This document shows positions 25,221 to 28,413 of a stretch of DNA of 28,413 bases, one piece after another; the stretch's first letter is position 1; every line of letters begins with the position of its first letter. Source of the DNA: an uncultured virus (IMG/VR IMGVR_UViG_3300037067_011978) (taxonomy: Duplodnaviria; Heunggongvirae; Uroviricota; Caudoviricetes). Made by a program: the position numbers and the translations under genes. The stretch lies in IMG/VR virus record IMGVR_UViG_3300037067_011978; one strand, given 5' to 3'. The notes under the pieces are model-generated. The model was not told where the DNA came from. It did not search any database and saw only the letters and a program-made list of their open reading frames with translations.

Positions 25221-25731
25221 AATAATTTGCCTCAATTAATTCTGCTATAAAATGCTTATTAAATAATATATATCTATACCCAAGTCTAAATCTTTGAATC
25301 AATTTAAATAGCATTTGATTATATTTTGAAGAAACAAAAATCATCTGCGGATACATATTTCTTTCTAAAAATAATTCTTGATATAACATTAATTGCCCTA
25401 ATACTTGACAAATACTTACTGAATCTCCGCTTCTATTTTTTAATTCAATCGCATACAAATTCTTTTTACAAAGAATTAATAGATCAATTCTACCATGATG
25501 ATTGCCTCTATTTCTATGGTTGCTTTTTATCAATGGTAATAAAAACTCCTTTTCATGAGAAACATAAATATCACCTAATGCTTGAATGCAAAATTCTTTT
25601 ATATGTTTTATTATATAATTCAGCATTTCTTCTTCTGTATTAAAATCATCAGTATTATTAAATATAGTATTTATTTGTTCGTTTGAGGAATCTTTCCAAT
25701 TTACAATAGAAGAAAATCCGTCTCTTTTCAT
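25207..25731 (-). CDS. PD-(D/E)XK nuclease-like protein (NucS/YhcG C-terminal-like)
   Basis: GRIDLL...AIELK...LGQLMLY, i.e. D...ExK plus QxxxY. Confidence 0.8.
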   Translation of the reverse strand: MKRDGFSSIVNWKDSSNEQINTIFNNTDDFNTEEEMLNYIIKHIKEFCIQALGDIYVSHEKEFLLPLIKSNHRNRGNHHGRIDLLILCKKNLYAIELKNRSGDSVSICQVLGQLMLYQELFLERNMYPQMIFVSSKYNQMLFKLIQRFRLGYRYILFNKHFIAELIEANYYEKK

Positions 25732-25733
25732 AA

Positions 25734-25982
25734 TTATATTATTCCTTTAGCAAATTCTGGATGTTCTTTTTTATATTTAATTCCCGTTGCTTCTGATATT
25801 CCTAATATTTTATATATTTCTTTTTGTTTTGTTCCTTGTTTAGCAAGCTTTTCTGCAACTCCACACATCCAAGAATAATATTTAGGTTGCTGTCCTCTAT
25901 GTTTTTTAATTGTTTCTTTAGGTAAAGTTTTTTTATTAACTGTTTTTTGAGGTTTTTTTATTACTTTCTTAGTAGTTTTCAT
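25734..25982 (-). CDS. TerS-like HTH protein lacking the C-terminal half (82 aa)
   Basis: KLAKQG...EIYKILGISEATGIKYKKEHPEF aligns with the TerS N-terminal half. Confidence 0.7.
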   Translation of the reverse strand: MKTTKKVIKKPQKTVNKKTLPKETIKKHRGQQPKYYSWMCGVAEKLAKQGTKQKEIYKILGISEATGIKYKKEHPEFAKGII

Positions 25983-25984
25983 AC

Positions 25985-26015
25985 TAAGTATTATATATCA
26001 TTTTTAAGTTTTTAT
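25985..26015 (-). promoter_or_regulatory. putative promoter for the packaging operon (-10 TATAAT at 25995-25990)
   Basis: TATATAATACTTA shared with 16961-16973; 7 nt from the ATG at 25982. Confidence 0.6.
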
Positions 26016-26037
26016 AAAGTAGTCTATAAAGATACTG

Positions 26038-26223
26038 TTATTTATCTTTTTTTACAAAAATTCCATTCTTACAAGCAAAACATTTCCCATTATTAAAAGC
26101 ATTGATATCACAATCATCTAAAATTATTATTGCACTACTACAAATATTACAGATATAAGTTATTCTTTTTCTACTTTTTCTTTTATCTAATATTGGATCA
26201 TAATTAAGTTCTGATAATTTCAT
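26038..26223 (-). CDS. small Cys-motif protein (61 aa)
   Basis: CNIC...CFAC motifs. Confidence 0.65.
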   Translation of the reverse strand: MKLSELNYDPILDKRKSRKRITYICNICSSAIIILDDCDINAFNNGKCFACKNGIFVKKDK

Positions 26224-26228
26224 TTATT

Positions 26229-26363
26229 TTACTCTTTGTATCTTTGGATTATTTTTAATATTGTTATTTCTTTTAATTTATATATTTCTGATATTTTTTT
26301 TATTGAAACATTTTCACAATACATATTAAATATTTCATTATTTCTTTCTATTTTTTCTTTCAT
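26229..26363 (-). CDS. small HTH-like protein (44 aa, MKEKIERNNEIFNMY...SIKKISEIYKL...)
   Basis: Hand-translated; ATGA-coupled; Mor/HTH-like pattern. Confidence 0.55.
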   Translation of the reverse strand: MKEKIERNNEIFNMYCENVSIKKISEIYKLKEITILKIIQRYKE

Positions 26364-26767
26364 TTATTTTTCCAATATTGTTTTTCTTTATGTATTTTAT
26401 TTTCACATTCTTTACATCTATATTTATTATTCATTAAACCAACATCTTTTATTTGTTTGCATTTATGACATCGATATTCATTTTCTTTTAACATATATTT
26501 AGGGTAATCATCAAAGTTAACATACTTTTTTAATGTAATATCAGATATTTTTAATTCTTTAGAAATATCTCTCCATCCCTTCCCTAATTTTCTAGCTTTA
26601 ATAAAATCATATTTAGATATTTTAATCTCATTGATGTCAGTTTTTTCTACTTTATATTTTCTTAACAATTGATATATTCTTTGTTTAGAGATATTATATT
26701 TATCACCTATTTCTTGAAATGTTTTTCCTGATTTTCTTAATTGAATCATTTCATTTATTCTATTCAT
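26360..26767 (-). CDS. double-HTH plus zinc-finger DNA-binding protein (135 aa)
   Basis: GKTFQEIGDKYNISKQRIYQLL, GWRDISKELKISDITL, CHKC...CKEC. Confidence 0.75.
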   Translation of the reverse strand: MNRINEMIQLRKSGKTFQEIGDKYNISKQRIYQLLRKYKVEKTDINEIKISKYDFIKARKLGKGWRDISKELKISDITLKKYVNFDDYPKYMLKENEYRCHKCKQIKDVGLMNNKYRCKECENKIHKEKQYWKNK

Positions 26768-27056
26768 TTATTGTTTCCTTGTATAACTTCATATATTTTT
26801 CTTTACTTAAATATAAATATTCTACAGGAAATTGACAAATAAGAAAACCATTTTCGTAATTATTATCACTAGCAAAAGAAACAGAAAGTAATCCATTATT
26901 TATTGTAAAGTGTTTATTGTAATAAAACTTTTGATCCATCAATTTATAGCCAATATTATTTGCTATTTCAACAACTTCTGAATAAAACATATTTTCTAAA
27001 TCATTACAATATTTTTGTGTTCTAAATAATTCCTTAGTAAAAGTTTTAGTTAACAT
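26760..27056 (-). CDS. hypothetical protein (98 aa)
   Basis: SD AAGGA; overlaps both neighbours. Confidence 0.7.
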   Translation of the reverse strand: MLTKTFTKELFRTQKYCNDLENMFYSEVVEIANNIGYKLMDQKFYYNKHFTINNGLLSVSFASDNNYENGFLICQFPVEYLYLSKEKYMKLYKETINE

Positions 27057-27285
27057 CTTTTATCCTTATATAGCTTCCTAATAATTTATTAAAACAATGT
27101 TGACACATATCTAATTCTATTTCTTTATCATCACCAAACTCTGATAAATATCCTGATACATATTTGATATTTATGAATTCTTGCATTTCTAAAGTATCAC
27201 TAACTAAATATTCATTTTTACATACATCACAAATTATAGATGATAATACTAAGGTAGGATTATTTACTTCTTTGTATTTATTCAC
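27046..27285 (-). CDS. hypothetical protein with CxxC pairs (79 aa)
   Basis: ICDVCK...FGD...LDMCQHCF; GTGA coupling. Confidence 0.75.
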   Translation of the reverse strand: MNKYKEVNNPTLVLSSIICDVCKNEYLVSDTLEMQEFINIKYVSGYLSEFGDDKEIELDMCQHCFNKLLGSYIRIKDVN

Positions 27286-27467
27286 AATAATTTTATCTCT
27301 AAACGATAATTGTTTTTATCATATAAATCACTAGTTGTTTTTATTCTAGTAACATTCTCGACTTCTCCAATATAAAAAATACTTGATTTATATTTTTCTA
27401 TTGCTTCATTTACAGTTTCAGCATTTACTAAAAACAACGCTTGATTAGTCCGTAAAGATAAAAGCAT
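27282..27467 (-). CDS. hypothetical protein (61 aa)
   Basis: SD AAGGAG. Confidence 0.7.
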   Translation of the reverse strand: MLLSLRTNQALFLVNAETVNEAIEKYKSSIFYIGEVENVTRIKTTSDLYDKNNYRLEIKLL

Positions 27468-27483
27468 CTATTTCTCCTTAGAT

Positions 27484-27663
27484 TTATTCATTGTTAAAAC
27501 AAAAACTTATTGAATAATTTAAAAACGAAAAATCAATATAATATTTTTTTACAGAAGCAAAAGAATCTATTTTTTCAAAAGTAAAATCATAATCATCATA
27601 AACATAAATAGATGGAAATATATAAAATATTCCTATCTTCATAAACTTTGCTTTTATTTTCAT
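27484..27663 (-). CDS. hypothetical protein (59 aa, MKIKAKFMKIGIFYIFPSIY...)
   Basis: Hand-translated; SD AAGGT; fills the gap. Confidence 0.55.
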   Translation of the reverse strand: MKIKAKFMKIGIFYIFPSIYVYDDYDFTFEKIDSFASVKKYYIDFSFLNYSISFCFNNE

Positions 27664-27675
27664 TTATTTACCTTA

Positions 27676-27909
27676 TTACATTTCAATTTCATCTTGTTTT
27701 TCTTTAGGTGGCGTCCATCCTAAAGCTATTAAGGCGTTTCTAATTAATTTTTCTTTTAAATTTATAATTTCTGTATAAGATCGAATAAGTTCGTCATTCA
27801 TTTTTGTTTCATGAAACAACATTATTTGTTCATTTTTAGCATCTAACATAGATCTTATTGTAGTTAACCAATTTACTTTATATTTGTTTTCTAAAGAAAT
27901 ATCATCCAT
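27676..27909 (-). CDS. hypothetical protein (77 aa, ...LIALGWTPP)
   Basis: SD GAGGT. Confidence 0.75.
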   Translation of the reverse strand: MDDISLENKYKVNWLTTIRSMLDAKNEQIMLFHETKMNDELIRSYTEIINLKEKLIRNALIALGWTPPKEKQDEIEM

Positions 27910-28102
27910 TTTTTTAACCTCATAACCTCATAATCTTATATTTTATTTTACTTAACAAAAATTAAGTAAAATTTGAAAGAAAACCTAATTTTTATCATTT
28001 CTTGTAAAAAACTACCGTTAAAAACTAGCCTAGAATCAATCAAAAACGCTTACTATGAGGTTTTCTAGTCAAAAAGGTATAAAGTAATGTTGAAATCAAA
28101 AA

Positions 28103-28413
28103 TTAACGCTTTAACCACGGCTTTTTATAATTGGTTTTATTCAAATATTCTTTAAAATCGTTTTCATGTTTAGTGAAACCTCGCTTATTTAGTTCATATA
28201 AAATTGCATCAGCAGTTCTAGGGTCATTCCCCCAAATTCCTTGACGCCATCCAAAAATAGTAGCTTTTATTTCATCATCTTGCATTCTATAAAATGATTC
28301 TGTATTAGAAACATATTGTCTATCAATATCATTTTTATATCTTTCATAATTACGCTTATATTCAATTTCTAAATCAGTTTCTTTTAATTCAATATTTTCG
28401 TCATTTACCTTTT
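28103..28413 (-). CDS. 3' part of a hypothetical protein (5'-truncated by window)
   Basis: Frame remains open from the track's ATG 28285 to the window edge (KVNDENIELKETDLEIEY...). Confidence 0.6.
   Translation of the reverse strand, partial: KVNDENIELKETDLEIEYKRNYERYKNDIDRQYVSNTESFYRMQDDEIKATIFGWRQGIWGNDPRTADAILYELNKRGFTKHENDFKEYLNKTNYKKPWLKR

Noticed and set aside
27914..27934. Tandem TTATGAGG duplication upstream of ORF 27676-27909
   Set aside because: Only two 8-bp units overlapping the SD; too short to interpret.
1..28413. Stop-codon reassignment (alternative genetic code)
   Set aside because: Core genes are full length in the standard code; TAA, TAG and TGA all terminate genes, and the gaps are explained by small ORFs or the ATC start.

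Overview
AT-rich fragment of a tailed dsDNA phage or prophage with siphovirus-type architecture. Nearly the whole window (1484-28413) is one minus-strand unit read right to left: small regulatory genes, terminase, SPP1-like portal, ClpP-like protease, MuF/gp7 head protein, an accessory cluster including a class 3 lipase, scaffold, major capsid, head-tail joining and tail genes (with a -1 frameshifting chaperone), a 1099-aa tape measure, tail tip and lysis genes. A short plus-strand cluster (1-1402) converges on a perfect hairpin at 1444-1479. The main unexplained feature is a family of six short Lys/Arg-rich genes dispersed through the morphogenesis region, four of them absent from the ORF track. 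Five begin MGGPGSGRKKGS and one MGGKGSGRRPG, followed by largely unrelated basic tails, and two further basic proteins lie nearby. Also seen: an apparent ATC start codon on a tail gene, a dual-coded spanin-like gene pair, a promoter-proximal terminator leader before the capsid genes, and partial duplications of terS and the MuF gene start. All family assignments are from motif recognition and gene order, not database searches.
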